Shown: positions 8,309 through 19,394, numbered from the stretch's first letter. The stretch: 59,178 bases of DNA from a virus (IMGVR_UViG_3300033146_002247:1-59178), one strand, 5' to 3'. Notes: generated by a model from the sequence alone, not told the origin. Program-made: numbers and translations.

Positions 8309-8947
8309 ATGTCAAAAATTACTGGTTCTATAATTCAAGGTGATAATCTATTAAGGTATAATTCTCGCGAAGAAAATACTCATATCGATGTTCACTCCTT
8401 AGCTTTTTTAGACGCTCTATATTTTAAAGGTATATCGGCTAAATATTTACAAGTAGAACATTTTAATGAAGATGCTTTTTTTGGAGAATCGGAATTTGAT
8501 GTAATAGAAAAAGCAACTGATATATTTATACACGACCCAGATAGACTTGCAGACAAAGCTGAACCATCATTGAATCACTTTGGGTTTGAAATGATTAGAG
8601 ATATAAACTTTCATACAAGTAGATTATTATTTGATAGGTTAAATTTAATTCCTAGAATTGGTGATTTAATTTATATACCTTACAGAAAAAAATTATATCA
8701 GATTGAATATATAACAGATTTAGAAAATCCATTATTTGGTGGATCAGGTTTTAATATTAATTTAAGTTGTAAATTATATACTAAAGATGAAGATACTGAA
8801 TTATCAAATGATTTAATTGGCGGCCTAGATGATGTACCTGAATTAACAGAATTATTTTCAACCAATAAAGATGAAACTATTAATAATATGAACGTTAATG
8901 ATTTATTAGAAAATGATGTAAAAATAAATCCTAAACGGAGACGATAA
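8309..8947 (+). CDS. neck / head completion protein (T4 gp14-like)
   Basis: DAFFGE, LNHFGFE..D, PRIGDLIYIP..KKLYQIEYI pattern; upstream ATAAATAA. Confidence 0.72.
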   Translation: MSKITGSIIQGDNLLRYNSREENTHIDVHSLAFLDALYFKGISAKYLQVEHFNEDAFFGESEFDVIEKATDIFIHDPDRLADKAEPSLNHFGFEMIRDINFHTSRLLFDRLNLIPRIGDLIYIPYRKKLYQIEYITDLENPLFGGSGFNINLSCKLYTKDEDTELSNDLIGGLDDVPELTELFSTNKDETINNMNVNDLLENDVKINPKRRR

Positions 8948-9206
8948 ATAAAAAATAATCGGAACAATTATAAGGATTTTATAAAATGCCAAATAGATAT
9001 GAACAATTGTTAAAAACAATTGAAAATACGTCAATTTCTGAATACAAAAAATTGTATAATGGATGTTCAACTAATGAAGAATGCAATAGGCCATATATTT
9101 TAACTCAAGAATTTATAGATAACCAGAAACCATTGGATTTAGATATTACTAAAATGATTGACGACAATATAATGGAATTATTACTTTAAAATAGGGTAAA
9201 AATAAA

Positions 9207-9536
9207 ATGATAATAACAGAAGAACAAATAAAAGAAATAGTAGACGAAATTTTAACCGAAGGTGCTAGTGACTATATGACAGATATTCAAAAACTTTTTA
9301 AAAAAAGAGGTTTTGGCACAGACAAAGAAGGTAACGCTCTTTATTTTCAAAGAGGTAAACAAAACGGTGAAATTACAGTTGAAATTGATACAAAATTATA
9401 TCCAAGAATTGTAAAATTTGCAGAAAAATTAAGTGGTACAATTTGGGATATGTTCGATTGGGTTAAAATGATTGAAACTGACTGGACAAATAAGCTTCAC
9501 CCAGGTAAATGCGTTTTTGTGATAAAAATTAAATAA
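9207..9536 (+). CDS. putative internal head protein, leader class A
   Basis: MIITEEQIKEIVDEILTE. Confidence 0.6.
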   Translation: MIITEEQIKEIVDEILTEGASDYMTDIQKLFKKRGFGTDKEGNALYFQRGKQNGEITVEIDTKLYPRIVKFAEKLSGTIWDMFDWVKMIETDWTNKLHPGKCVFVIKIK

Positions 9537-9547
9537 CAGGAAATATA

Positions 9548-9838
9548 ATGAAAATATCAAAAAAAGAAATAAAAGAAATAGTAAACGAAATTTTAAGTGA
9601 AGATAAAAAAGCAAATCAACTAAAACTAATTATCAAAAACCATAAAATTTTAACTAACGACCCAGACGGTGAAGGTTATTATGAAGAGTATGACGAGGAA
9701 ATGGCTGAATGGTTAGACGATGATAATTGGGAAAAATCTATTAATTTTAAAGATTTTCAAACTCACGATTATGCCAATATATTTTATATTCAGATGAAAG
9801 TTGCCGATAATTATGATTTAAAAGTTAAAAATAAATAA
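9548..9838 (+). CDS. putative internal head protein, leader class A
   Basis: MKISKKEIKEIVNEILSE; acidic core. Confidence 0.6.
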   Translation: MKISKKEIKEIVNEILSEDKKANQLKLIIKNHKILTNDPDGEGYYEEYDEEMAEWLDDDNWEKSINFKDFQTHDYANIFYIQMKVADNYDLKVKNK

Positions 9839-9843
9839 TTACT

Positions 9844-9878
9844 CAAAATTAGTCCTTTAATATAAAGGACTAATTTTG
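9844..9878 (+). terminator. terminator hairpin, GTCCT/AGGAC family
   Basis: CAAAATTAGTCCTTT/AAAGGACTAATTTTG 15-bp stem then TTTT. Confidence 0.8.
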
Positions 9879-9886
9879 TTTTATTG

Positions 9887-9975
9887 GTTCATTAGTAGTA
9901 CATTCCTTTCACTTTCTCAATTCAACCATATAATTTTATCATTTCATATAGTATGTACACTAAAAGGTAACTAAA
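9887..9975. repeat. dispersed intergenic element, copy 1
   Basis: GTTCATTAGTAGTAC-N21-CAACCATATAATTTTATCATTT-N10-GTACACTAAAAGGTAACTAAA; identical to 27697-27785. Confidence 0.92.
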
Positions 9976-10014
9976 TTGGCTAATAATTTTTTTGTATTTA
10001 ATAAATCTTTTTTC

Positions 10015-10043
10015 TTGACTAAACATATAAAATTGGTTATATT
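10015..10043 (+). promoter_or_regulatory. sigma70-type early promoter
   Basis: TTGACT-N17-TATATT. Confidence 0.8.
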
Positions 10044-10547
10044 ATAATCAAATAAAGGAAATGAAACTAAATAAATAGGAGTAAATTATGAGTACAACAT
10101 TTGGAATAAGAGTTAAAAATATTTTTGACGAAGATGAGGTTGTCAAAGTTGCGTTTAGACATAATGGTGGACGAATGGAAATTACAAACAGATTATTCTC
10201 ACTTTTACCAGGATATACGAAAGTTATTCCATTGGATAACACAGCGCAAGGAATTGAAACTGTTGGTGATATTATTAATGCGGTAATTAATGAGTAATTT
10301 TAGAATGATACCATCATATAAATGTTCAGTTTGTGATAAACGAGTACCAAGAGGCGGTACAAAATGTTTATGTGGTGATACCAGATATAATAAAAATGTT
10401 TCAGATAATTGGGTTTGGGACGGAGTTAAAACAAAAGTGAATGATATAGAAGAAAAACCAGATTATTTTGATCAAGTACGAAAAATGGATAAATCCGGTT
10501 GGTTTAGAAATAATCATTAATTTATAATTGAATAAGAGGTACCAAAT

Positions 10548-11060
10548 TTGAAAAAACTGATAATTATTTTCATATTCGTAATCGTTACAAATTTACAATC
10601 AAATTATGTAAATGTAAAATTCAATAATGAAATCAATAATGTCAACATAATATATTCAAAAATAAAAGGTTTTTTATCTTATAAATATAAAAAGAATAAA
10701 AATCATGTTAACGAGTTAGCCAATATAATCAATTACATGTCAATCAAATATGATATTGATAAAAACATCATATTTTCAATAATAAAGTACGAGTCATCAT
10801 TTAATGAGCACTCAGTATCATATAAAGGAGCAAGAGGACTAATGCAAGTAATGTGGTCAGTATGGGGCCCAATGTTAAAGGAAAACAATATTTGTAATAA
10901 AGAACATGATTTACATGATAAATTAATAGGTATTAATGCAGGATGTTTTGTTCTGAAATATTACATAGACCGATATGGATTGGAAAAGGCACTACAGAAA
11001 TATTTTGGTCGAAGTGATTATGCCTCGATATACTCGACAAAAATTTTAAAAGATATATAA
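10548..11060 (+). CDS. lytic transglycosylase (SLT domain) with N-terminal hydrophobic signal
   Basis: IIKYESSFN...SYKGARGLMQVM catalytic motif; MKKLIIIFIFVIV N-terminus. Confidence 0.9.
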   Translation: MKKLIIIFIFVIVTNLQSNYVNVKFNNEINNVNIIYSKIKGFLSYKYKKNKNHVNELANIINYMSIKYDIDKNIIFSIIKYESSFNEHSVSYKGARGLMQVMWSVWGPMLKENNICNKEHDLHDKLIGINAGCFVLKYYIDRYGLEKALQKYFGRSDYASIYSTKILKDI

Positions 11061-11271
11061 TTTAGATGAAATTATTGAAAAAGATGGCGAAGAAATATAT
11101 TTAAATGATGAAATATTTGAAAACTTATGGTGGAATTTCGTAAAAATTTCTATACCGGATTTAAAATGGACAGATATAAAGGATACTATACCTGTTATAA
11201 ATGGTTATTGGAATAAAAAACTAAATGTTCAGTTTGGTTATGGTTTATACGAATAAAATAAATCTTTTTCC

Positions 11272-11300
11272 TTGACAATATAACATTAAATGGTTATATT
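11272..11300 (+). promoter_or_regulatory. sigma70-type early promoter
   Basis: TTGACA-N17-TATATT. Confidence 0.85.
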
Positions 11301-11336
11301 ATAATCAGATAAAGAAAATAAAAAAAGGAGTATCAA

Positions 11337-11672
11337 ATGAATGAAAACCAAATGTCACCAAGATTTTCAAAAAGATTTAAATCACCAGAACTAAAACTAA
11401 CAACAAGATTTGCGTTTACTAAACCATTTTATAAAGATGGTAGGTTTACAGATTATTGGTTAGTATTATCACATATAGAACATAATATTAACTCAATTAA
11501 TTGGAAAATAGCTGATAAAAGTGGATTGCATATGACTTTTCAAAGTCTTGTAGAAGCAGGAATTTTAAAATATGATATGATAAATCGTGAATTTGTTTTA
11601 ACTAACTTAGGCACAAAATATATTAGGTATCAAAGAGCAAAAAGATTAAATTATGAAATGGTTAATAAATAA
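11337..11672 (+). CDS. hypothetical early protein, possible winged helix
   Basis: SLVEAGILKY...FVLTNLG..Y wing-like pattern. Confidence 0.45.
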   Translation: MNENQMSPRFSKRFKSPELKLTTRFAFTKPFYKDGRFTDYWLVLSHIEHNINSINWKIADKSGLHMTFQSLVEAGILKYDMINREFVLTNLGTKYIRYQRAKRLNYEMVNK

Positions 11673-12378
11673 ATAATAAAAAGGATAAAACAATGGTAAA
11701 CTTCGACATATCAAAATATACTAATGAAATACATAAATATTTAGATACTAAATCTGACTGGATTAAAAAACACTGGGTATTCTGCAAAAGCTAATTGGAA
11801 AGTATTGGACGATTTTTTAATAAGTATTGGTAAATCACCTGACACTTTTTGGGAAGGCTTTATGGAAAAAGCAAAGGATAGTGATATGTTACTATTATAT
11901 CCATATCTACAAAAGTGAGGATAAAAAATTTATAGACGATTTATTCGTATAAAATAACATTCTCGGTACTGCCTCTCTATTAAAAAACTTCAGTTATCAA
12001 GTGATAACTCAATTTTTATAAATATGATGCGTAACAATCGGGCCTTCTGGTAAGACTACAAAAATTTTATGATAATTTTGGATAAACGCGATGTTCAAAT
12101 AGTAAATAACAAAAAGTCTTCCAAATATAAAATAAAAGGAGTATCACAGATGGATTTTAAAAATATACTATCAAAATTTTCAGAAATTAGAACTACTATG
12201 AGAAAAAACTCTACATTATTTTCAGTTTATAACTACATGGAACATAAATTACCAATGTATTTATTGGCTGGTTGGTTGATGATATTGGTTGGAATTTGGC
12301 CTACGTTTAATATATATGCGTTTTTCGTTGGTTATTTAGGAATGGATTTGTTTATGTCTATTTTTGCAGGAGATAAAT

Positions 12379-12801
12379 ATGAGTAAAAGAAGTCCTTTTG
12401 ATTGGTTGAAGTTAATACAATCTAACCATAGTTTAACAATTGAAGATGAATTGCAAATTAATTCCTATTCACCCTTTATGATAAACAGGATTTTTTCAAA
12501 TGATGACTCGTTATTACCAATTGTAGATTATTTAAACATGATTCCTATAAGTAATAAACTTCATTATAATGTAATGAAAACAGTTTATTATATGGTATAT
12601 AGAGGAAGCAATAAATTTATACCTTATTCTAAAGGTTCACCAAAAGATAAAGATTTACCTTATTTAATGAATTATTTTAAAATAAATGAAAAAACTGCAA
12701 TAAATCACAAAAAATTATTAGATATTAAAGAAATCAAAAAAATAATTTCAGAAGCAAGAGCAAAAGAAAATTTTAAAAATAAATTAATTAAGCGAGGTTA
12801 A
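12379..12801 (+). CDS. clamp loader small subunit (T4 gp62-like)
   Basis: SPFDWLK.I, YSPFMINRIFS, LMNYFKIN.K.A motifs; start moved to ATG 12379 behind AGGAG. Confidence 0.75.
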   Translation: MSKRSPFDWLKLIQSNHSLTIEDELQINSYSPFMINRIFSNDDSLLPIVDYLNMIPISNKLHYNVMKTVYYMVYRGSNKFIPYSKGSPKDKDLPYLMNYFKINEKTAINHKKLLDIKEIKKIISEARAKENFKNKLIKRG

Positions 12802-13164
12802 ACAATGAAACAATTAGATAATTATGTAAATGAATTAGATAAAATAGTACCGGCTATTAAATTATGTAAAGAACAAAGAGGTGATGCAGCTGCTTTGCAA
12901 TTAGCAAAATCTATGCACGATGATGCTGATCTAGTTTTAAATCATAAAAAATATGATTTAAATTGTATTTCGTGTGGTAAAAAATTAGAAACTGAAAAAA
13001 ATGATAATATTATTAATGGTTGGATTGATGACGCGATTGTAGAAACTATCCAGGGTGGTTATGGTTCAAAATATGATACTGATCAATTTGTAATAGGAAT
13101 ATGTGATAATTGTATAACCGAAAAATTAAAAACTAATCAAATTGCTTATAAATAAAGGTTAATT

Positions 13165-13980
13165 ATGAATGTTCCACATAGATTAATGAGATATAGTGGT
13201 AGTAAATATAATTATGTCGAATTAATAATTAATATTATTAGAAGATCAAAAAGAAAAATTTATTTTGAACCGTTTGTTGGTTCCGGTGCAATTTTTATAA
13301 ATTTACCTGATATGTTTGAACAATATTATATTAATGATTTAAATATTAATACTTATTATATATGGCTAGCAATTACCAAATTTACTTATAAAGATTATGT
13401 AGATAGGAAAAAATTTATATTTAATAAATATGGTGACATAGGCAAAAATAAAAAGGCATATTATGATTTTAGAAACTCATATAATAAAAATTTTCATTTT
13501 TTAGAAAATATAGAAAAGGGAATTTATTTATTATTTTTATATAATTCATGTTTAAATAGTTTTGCTAGATTTGGTCCAAACGGATTCAATCAGTCATTTG
13601 GTAAATGTTTTTTTATGTTATCAGAATACGAATTTGTTAATATTCAAAATAGATTAAATAAAACTACAATTACCAATTTGAGTTACGATGAAATAGATTA
13701 TAAAAATTCAGTAATTTTCTTTGACCCACCTTATTTTGAACGTCCTAGTTCATACATTAAAAACTTTGATGTAAATGACTTAACTAAATTTATTTATAAT
13801 GTAAACAAATATTCAAAAGAAAATGATATTGTATACACTGATATATTTAATAATGAAATGTACAAAGAAATGAAAGGTTTTAAATATCAAAAAATTAGAG
13901 AAATGGTAAATGTTTCACCAAATAGGAAAGAAACCAAATTAGATAAAATTGAGGTAATGTATCAGAATTTTATAAAATAA
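13165..13980 (+). CDS. dam: DNA adenine methyltransferase (Dam/D12 class)
   Basis: RYSGSK, YFEPFVGSGAIF (motif I), INDLN, FFDPPY (motif IV). Confidence 0.9.
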   Translation: MNVPHRLMRYSGSKYNYVELIINIIRRSKRKIYFEPFVGSGAIFINLPDMFEQYYINDLNINTYYIWLAITKFTYKDYVDRKKFIFNKYGDIGKNKKAYYDFRNSYNKNFHFLENIEKGIYLLFLYNSCLNSFARFGPNGFNQSFGKCFFMLSEYEFVNIQNRLNKTTITNLSYDEIDYKNSVIFFDPPYFERPSSYIKNFDVNDLTKFIYNVNKYSKENDIVYTDIFNNEMYKEMKGFKYQKIREMVNVSPNRKETKLDKIEVMYQNFIK

Positions 13981-14373
13981 ATATTTATAAAAAAGGAGTA
14001 AAAAATGAAATTTATTATAAACTCATCGTCAAACTATGAAATGTTTGAAACCAAAAATACAAAAATTGAACGAATGAACTTAGTTGAGTATGACATCCGT
14101 ACAGTGGCAACATTAGAAGAAGCTAGAAAAACAAAATGGGGTAAAGCTTGGTTTAAAGATGGTGAAAATCATCGCGAAGAAAATGGAAATGTAGTAAGAG
14201 ATGTACAATATTATGAACGTGATTATACAACAATTGAATTAAATACTTTACAGGAATTATTTGATTTAATAGCTGAAACAAAATGTAGCATAATATTATC
14301 AAAAACAAGATATAGAGATTTTGACTATAAAATTGAAATTTATAACGATTATAAAGAATAAAAAGAGGTTAAT

Positions 14374-16647
14374 ATGGATAAAAGAACAATTGCTAATTTC
14401 AAGGGCGATGAATTAGCAGCAACTGTATTTGAGGGTAAATATGCATTAAGGAATGAGAATGATGTAGTCATTGAGTTCTCACTGAATGATGTTTGGCGAA
14501 GAATGTTAAAAGCAATCAAAGAAATAGATAACTATGATTTTTCAGAATTACAAGATAATTTTATTCCTGCTGGACGGGTTTTATATGCACTTGGTAACCC
14601 TTACGATAAAACATCAACATTGTCAAATTGTTATGTAACTGATATAGAAGAAGATAGTATTGAAGGTATTTTTGATGCAGCAAAACGACAAGCAAGGATT
14701 TTTTCTAAAGGTGGTGGAGTTGGTATAGATATTTCAAAATTAAGACCAAAAGGTGCAAAGGTTAATAATTCTGCAAAAACTACAACTGGTGCAGTTTCAT
14801 TTATGGATTTATTTAGTCAGGTAACAGGACTTATCGGTCAACATGGAAGACGTGGTGCACTACTTCTTTCTATGGATATAACCCACCCAGATATAATTGA
14901 ATATATTCGTGTTAAAGGCGGTAAAGATAAAACTAAAGTTCAGTTTGCAAATATTTCAGTAAAAATTACTAATGAATTTATGAAAGCAGTTGAAAATGAT
15001 GACGAATGGGAAATGATATATCATTTAGAAGATGAAAATAAAGTAATTAAAAAAACTGAAAAAGCAAAGGTTATTTGGGATTTAATAGTAGAATCTAACT
15101 ATGCTGGTGCTGAACCAGGATTACTGTACTGGGATGCGATTATTGATAATGACCCATCTTCAGTTTTTGAGGAAACTAAACCAATTTCTACAAATCCATG
15201 TGGCGAAATTCCAATCGAGAAAGGAGGCGCGTGCAATTTAGGTTCTGTGAATTTATCCTCTTTGGTTCATAAAGAATTTACTGATAAAGCATATTTTGAT
15301 TTTGATAAATTTAAAACAATAACAAAATCAGCACTTAGATTTTTAGATAATATAAATATAATAAATCTTGACAGACAACCCCTACAAGAAAATAAAGATG
15401 CGTTAATTAATGGCAATCGAATAGGATTAGGCATGACTGGATTGGCAGATATGTTAATTAAATTAAATTTGAAATATGATACTAATGATTCGGTATCATT
15501 TGTCAGTACAATAATGAAAAAATTTAAACAATATGTACTGGAAGCATCTATTGATTTATCTATTGAAAGAGGTCCGTGTGAAATTATTAATAAATATAAA
15601 AATACACCTACTTTTGATAATTGGGTAGCTCATCATTATTTTAATGATTTAACAACTGAATATAAGACTAAATTAAAAAATTATGGAATACGAAATATAT
15701 CACAATCTGCTTTGGCTCCGGCTGGGTCTATAAGTATCATATTACAAGGAACATCAGGAATCGAACCTATATTTGCATTATCTTATGATAGAAAAGTTAA
15801 ATCTATTGGAAACGGAAAAGAGAAAATACATACAGTATATCACCCTCTTGTACAACAATACAATAATAAATTTGGTAAAAATAAACATTTACAAAATCCA
15901 AATTTTGTAACTGCACAGGAAATTGACTGGATGCAAAGAATTAAAATGCAGTCGGTTATCCAAGAGAATATTTCAAGCTCAATTTCAAGTACCATCAATT
16001 TACCTCACAATATTTCAAAAGAAGTTGTTAGTAATATTTATAAAGAAGCATGGAAACATAATTTAAAAGGTATTACAATTTATCGTGATGGTTCAAGAGA
16101 TGGAATATTAACTGATAATAAAGACAAAAGAAAAGATTTTATGATATTAGATGAAGTCAAGATGCCAGAAACACAAAATGCTATAATGAAAACTATTAAG
16201 AGTGAGGGTAAAAAATGGTATGTTACATATACAGTTGATACTGAAACAAAATTACCAAATTCTCTTTTTGTAAATACTAATGCAAAAGAAACGACAATAT
16301 CCACCAATGATGTATTATCCGCACTTGAAAAACTAGCCGGAAAATTCATTAAAAATGGACATCTTGAAAAATTAAAAGAGAAACATAATAGTCAAACTAA
16401 TGTTACGAAAATTGCTAGGACAGTTTCACTATTACTTAGACATAGAGTTCCTATCATAGATATTGTAAAAACTATTGATACTATTGAACCGCCAATATTT
16501 TCTTTTATATTTCAGATTAAAAAATTATTATCTTCATTTTTAGAAGGTGAATTTACAGGTGAAAAATGTTCAGATTGCGGAGCACAATTGATATTTGAAG
16601 GCGGTTGTTCACTTTGTTATTCATGTGGTTCAAGTAAATGTGGTTAA
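14374..16647 (+). CDS. nrdJ: class II (adenosylcobalamin-dependent) ribonucleotide reductase
   Basis: PAGRVL, LSNCYV, GGGVG, TNPCGE, ACNLGS, APAGSIS, GIEP; C-terminal CSDC...EGGCSLC..CG.SKCG; no beta subunit nearby. Confidence 0.88.
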   Translation: MDKRTIANFKGDELAATVFEGKYALRNENDVVIEFSLNDVWRRMLKAIKEIDNYDFSELQDNFIPAGRVLYALGNPYDKTSTLSNCYVTDIEEDSIEGIFDAAKRQARIFSKGGGVGIDISKLRPKGAKVNNSAKTTTGAVSFMDLFSQVTGLIGQHGRRGALLLSMDITHPDIIEYIRVKGGKDKTKVQFANISVKITNEFMKAVENDDEWEMIYHLEDENKVIKKTEKAKVIWDLIVESNYAGAEPGLLYWDAIIDNDPSSVFEETKPISTNPCGEIPIEKGGACNLGSVNLSSLVHKEFTDKAYFDFDKFKTITKSALRFLDNINIINLDRQPLQENKDALINGNRIGLGMTGLADMLIKLNLKYDTNDSVSFVSTIMKKFKQYVLEASIDLSIERGPCEIINKYKNTPTFDNWVAHHYFNDLTTEYKTKLKNYGIRNISQSALAPAGSISIILQGTSGIEPIFALSYDRKVKSIGNGKEKIHTVYHPLVQQYNNKFGKNKHLQNPNFVTAQEIDWMQRIKMQSVIQENISSSISSTINLPHNISKEVVSNIYKEAWKHNLKGITIYRDGSRDGILTDNKDKRKDFMILDEVKMPETQNAIMKTIKSEGKKWYVTYTVDTETKLPNSLFVNTNAKETTISTNDVLSALEKLAGKFIKNGHLEKLKEKHNSQTNVTKIARTVSLLLRHRVPIIDIVKTIDTIEPPIFSFIFQIKKLLSSFLEGEFTGEKCSDCGAQLIFEGGCSLCYSCGSSKCG

Positions 16648-16709
16648 TTATTAAAAATATAGATAAATAAAGGAAATGAGATAAATAATTAAAATAAGGT
16701 AAAACAAAA

Positions 16710-16985
16710 ATGAATAAAGAAGATATAAAAAACATAGTAGAACAAGTTCTGAATGAAAGTGCAGATATTGATGAAACTACAATGAAATTATCAATAGAAA
16801 CAGATGAAGAAACTTATACAATCGAATTTAATTCAGTTAAAAAATTAGAATCAGTGGTTAAAAATTTATCAAAAATCACAATGTTTGTAGACGATGATGC
16901 GACAGGTGAAGAAATAATGTTAGACCCCGATAGTTTATTAGATGAAATTATTAGTACAACTAAAAATAAAGAATGGTCATATTAA
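16710..16985 (+). CDS. putative internal head protein, leader class A, very acidic
   Basis: MNKEDIKNIVEQVLNE; upstream ATAAATAA twice. Confidence 0.6.
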   Translation: MNKEDIKNIVEQVLNESADIDETTMKLSIETDEETYTIEFNSVKKLESVVKNLSKITMFVDDDATGEEIMLDPDSLLDEIISTTKNKEWSY

Positions 16986-17052
16986 TAATCGTGGATTTAC
17001 CAATGGAGGTTTATTTCACTCTCAAAATGCATATAATTAAATTATATGCATT

Positions 17053-17127
17053 TTTTGTATATTAACACAACAAATGAACATTAACTATCTAATTGTTAAT
17101 GTTCATTTGTTGTGTTAATATACAAAA
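17053..17127. repeat. perfect 33-bp inverted repeat
   Basis: TTTTGTATATTAACACAACAAATGAACATTAAC, 9-nt loop, exact reverse complement; abuts a 14-bp hairpin at 17024-17054. Confidence 0.95.
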
Positions 17128-17143
17128 TAACAAATCTTTTTTC

Positions 17144-17172
17144 TTGACATAATAGGTTTAATTGGTTATATT
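17144..17172 (+). promoter_or_regulatory. sigma70-type early promoter
   Basis: TTGACA-N17-TATATT. Confidence 0.85.
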
Positions 17173-17217
17173 ATAATCATAATAAAGAGAATGAAAAACA
17201 AATAAAAGGAGTTCCAA

Positions 17218-17790
17218 ATGCAAACAAAATTAGAAAAATCACAAATGGTTTATGAAAAGGTTCTAACTATAATGGAAAGAAACCAAGATTTATTTGGCGA
17301 TGTGTATTCAGATCTAATTGATTTATCAAATAGAGAATTGTTAAAAATTGAATTAAACGAAAAATTTGGATATTCAATACCCAATGGTTGGTACGATACA
17401 AAATATATTCCAATAAGTTCTTACGCTAATATCGTAACTTACGATGGTACGCGTTGTATCAGTGCAGAGGATAATTTTAAACAACCATATAATAATGAAA
17501 TGTTATATGTAATTAGATTTAATTCTGGACCATATACATTAGGTAAGAATTATAACAAACCATTATTTACTGATATGTTCAATGAATTAAAAGAATTTGG
17601 TTTTGAATATTGTGATAGTATAAATAATACAATATATTTTTCATTGAAAACTGGTGCTAAGGTTGAGTTAGAATTAAAAAATATATTGAAAAAATACAGA
17701 GCTTTATATGTTGAGATTGAAAAAAATAAAGATAAATCTGAAAAAATAAAAGAATTGAAAAAGAAATTAGCAGAATTAGAAAATAATTAA
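17218..17790 (+). CDS. hypothetical early protein
   Basis: 190 aa ORF with AAGGAG RBS. Confidence 0.6.
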   Translation: MQTKLEKSQMVYEKVLTIMERNQDLFGDVYSDLIDLSNRELLKIELNEKFGYSIPNGWYDTKYIPISSYANIVTYDGTRCISAEDNFKQPYNNEMLYVIRFNSGPYTLGKNYNKPLFTDMFNELKEFGFEYCDSINNTIYFSLKTGAKVELELKNILKKYRALYVEIEKNKDKSEKIKELKKKLAELENN

Positions 17791-17807
17791 AAATTCATTT
17801 AAAGTCC

Positions 17808-17836
17808 TTGACAAAAGGACTTTTTTTGGTTATATT
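17808..17836 (+). promoter_or_regulatory. early promoter with -35 in terminator-like hairpin
   Basis: AAAGTCCTTGACAAAAGGACTTTTTTT; TTGACA-N17-TATATT. Confidence 0.85.
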
Positions 17837-17899
17837 TATCTTGATAAATCAATAGATATAATAAAGAGAATGAAAAACAAATCAAAAAAGGAGTAACAA

Positions 17900-18379
17900 A
17901 TGGGAATGTTCAGTTGGAAAACAAATGATACAGATAGAAGTATTGCTAATAAGCACTCAGATTTAGATACTTTTAATGTTGTTATGTTAGACGATAAAGG
18001 TAATAAATGGATCGAAACATCGTACGATGGATATGGTGAATTTGGTGGGAAAGATTTTTATAAATTACTTGCTGAAATGAATAAAGATTTAATTAAAAAG
18101 AATTTTATTGAATTACGAGACGCTGGTATCGACCTTCAGTTTAATTGTCCAAAGGATAAAAAACATTTAATTAAATGGCCTAATTTAGTTGAGTACGATT
18201 ATTCATCTTATATAAATATAGAGCCGGAATCTTGTGAATATCAAGGGTTTTTCTATCCAAATGAGGACGAAGACGATGGATATTGTGATAATTGCGGGGG
18301 TGAGTTATCTAATGGGTATTGTTCTTGTGAAGATGAAACATACGATGATTATGAATGTGACGAAGATTGTGAATATTAA
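17900..18379 (+). CDS. hypothetical early protein with acidic Cys-rich tail
   Basis: MGMFSW...YDGYGEFGGKDFY; tail CDNCGG...CSCEDETYDDYECDEDCEY. Confidence 0.6.
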   Translation: MGMFSWKTNDTDRSIANKHSDLDTFNVVMLDDKGNKWIETSYDGYGEFGGKDFYKLLAEMNKDLIKKNFIELRDAGIDLQFNCPKDKKHLIKWPNLVEYDYSSYINIEPESCEYQGFFYPNEDEDDGYCDNCGGELSNGYCSCEDETYDDYECDEDCEY

Positions 18380-19022
18380 AATAAAAAAGGGGTAATAAAT
18401 GAAAATATATTTATATTCAGAAAATAATAAGTTCTATTTGAGTTATGGTCCAAATTTAGTGGAAAATACAGAAATTTTAATCACTTCAACAGGGATTACT
18501 ATAGTTAAAAATAATAAAACATTTGATAATATATCAGCAGCTTTTAATTATTTAGAGAAAAAACTACAAGTGGAGTTATAATATGTACGAAGAAATTAGA
18601 GAAGTGCAGATGGTTATAGATCTACTAAATGACGAAATGTATGACAATTTAGAAAATAAAGATAGTTTGAATGATTTGCCACAATTTTCAATAACTATAA
18701 TTGATTCATTATGGTCAGTAGATTTACTTATGAATTATTCAGATATTAATATGCCTAAAATTCCAATATATGAGTCAGAAAGCGATGAACGTATTTACTA
18801 TGAAAAAACCGATGATTATGAAGAGTACGAAGATTTATTTCGTAGAAAATTCAAAGCCGTTCTGAAAAAATTAAATAATGTTAAATTATAAAACTGGAAT
18901 AAATAAAGATAAACGAGGTTTGTTATGGGTTGGTTAGCAATTGCACTTATGCCATTAGGATTTGTAATTTATTTCTTTACTAAGAAAAGAGGTAAAAATC
19001 CAGGTTATAAGGAAAAGAAATA

Positions 19023-19355
19023 ATGTTTGAAAAATCAAAAGAAATAATGTATACTATGTTTAATCGGAATTTTTGGTTATGGTGGCATATGTTATGCTCA
19101 GTATTTGGAACTGTTTTATTTCAGAAATGGTTATCAGATATGAGTGTATTTTATTTGGTTACTTTTATAATAGTAATATTTGAAGTAATTGAATTATGGT
19201 GGGAGATATTAAGACCACAAGGATTAATGTTACATCAATATAAATTTATTAAATTTCAGAATACAAATTACAAATCGAAAAATAAATACAAATTAGATAC
19301 TTTAGGTGATATTATCGGTGCTTGGGGTTTAATGGTAATAATATTATTTTTATAG
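19023..19355 (+). CDS. small membrane protein
   Basis: three hydrophobic segments; H..., E..E and D...D residues in helices. Confidence 0.55.
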   Translation: MFEKSKEIMYTMFNRNFWLWWHMLCSVFGTVLFQKWLSDMSVFYLVTFIIVIFEVIELWWEILRPQGLMLHQYKFIKFQNTNYKSKNKYKLDTLGDIIGAWGLMVIILFL

Positions 19356-19365
19356 AAAATAAATA

Positions 19366-19394
19366 TTGACAAAACAAATAAAAATGGTTATATT
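19366..19394 (+). promoter_or_regulatory. sigma70-type early promoter
   Basis: TTGACA-N17-TATATT. Confidence 0.8.

Noticed and set aside
14374-16647. Intein or intron in the ribonucleotide reductase
   Set aside because: Continuous 757-aa ORF with normal motif spacing and no splicing motifs
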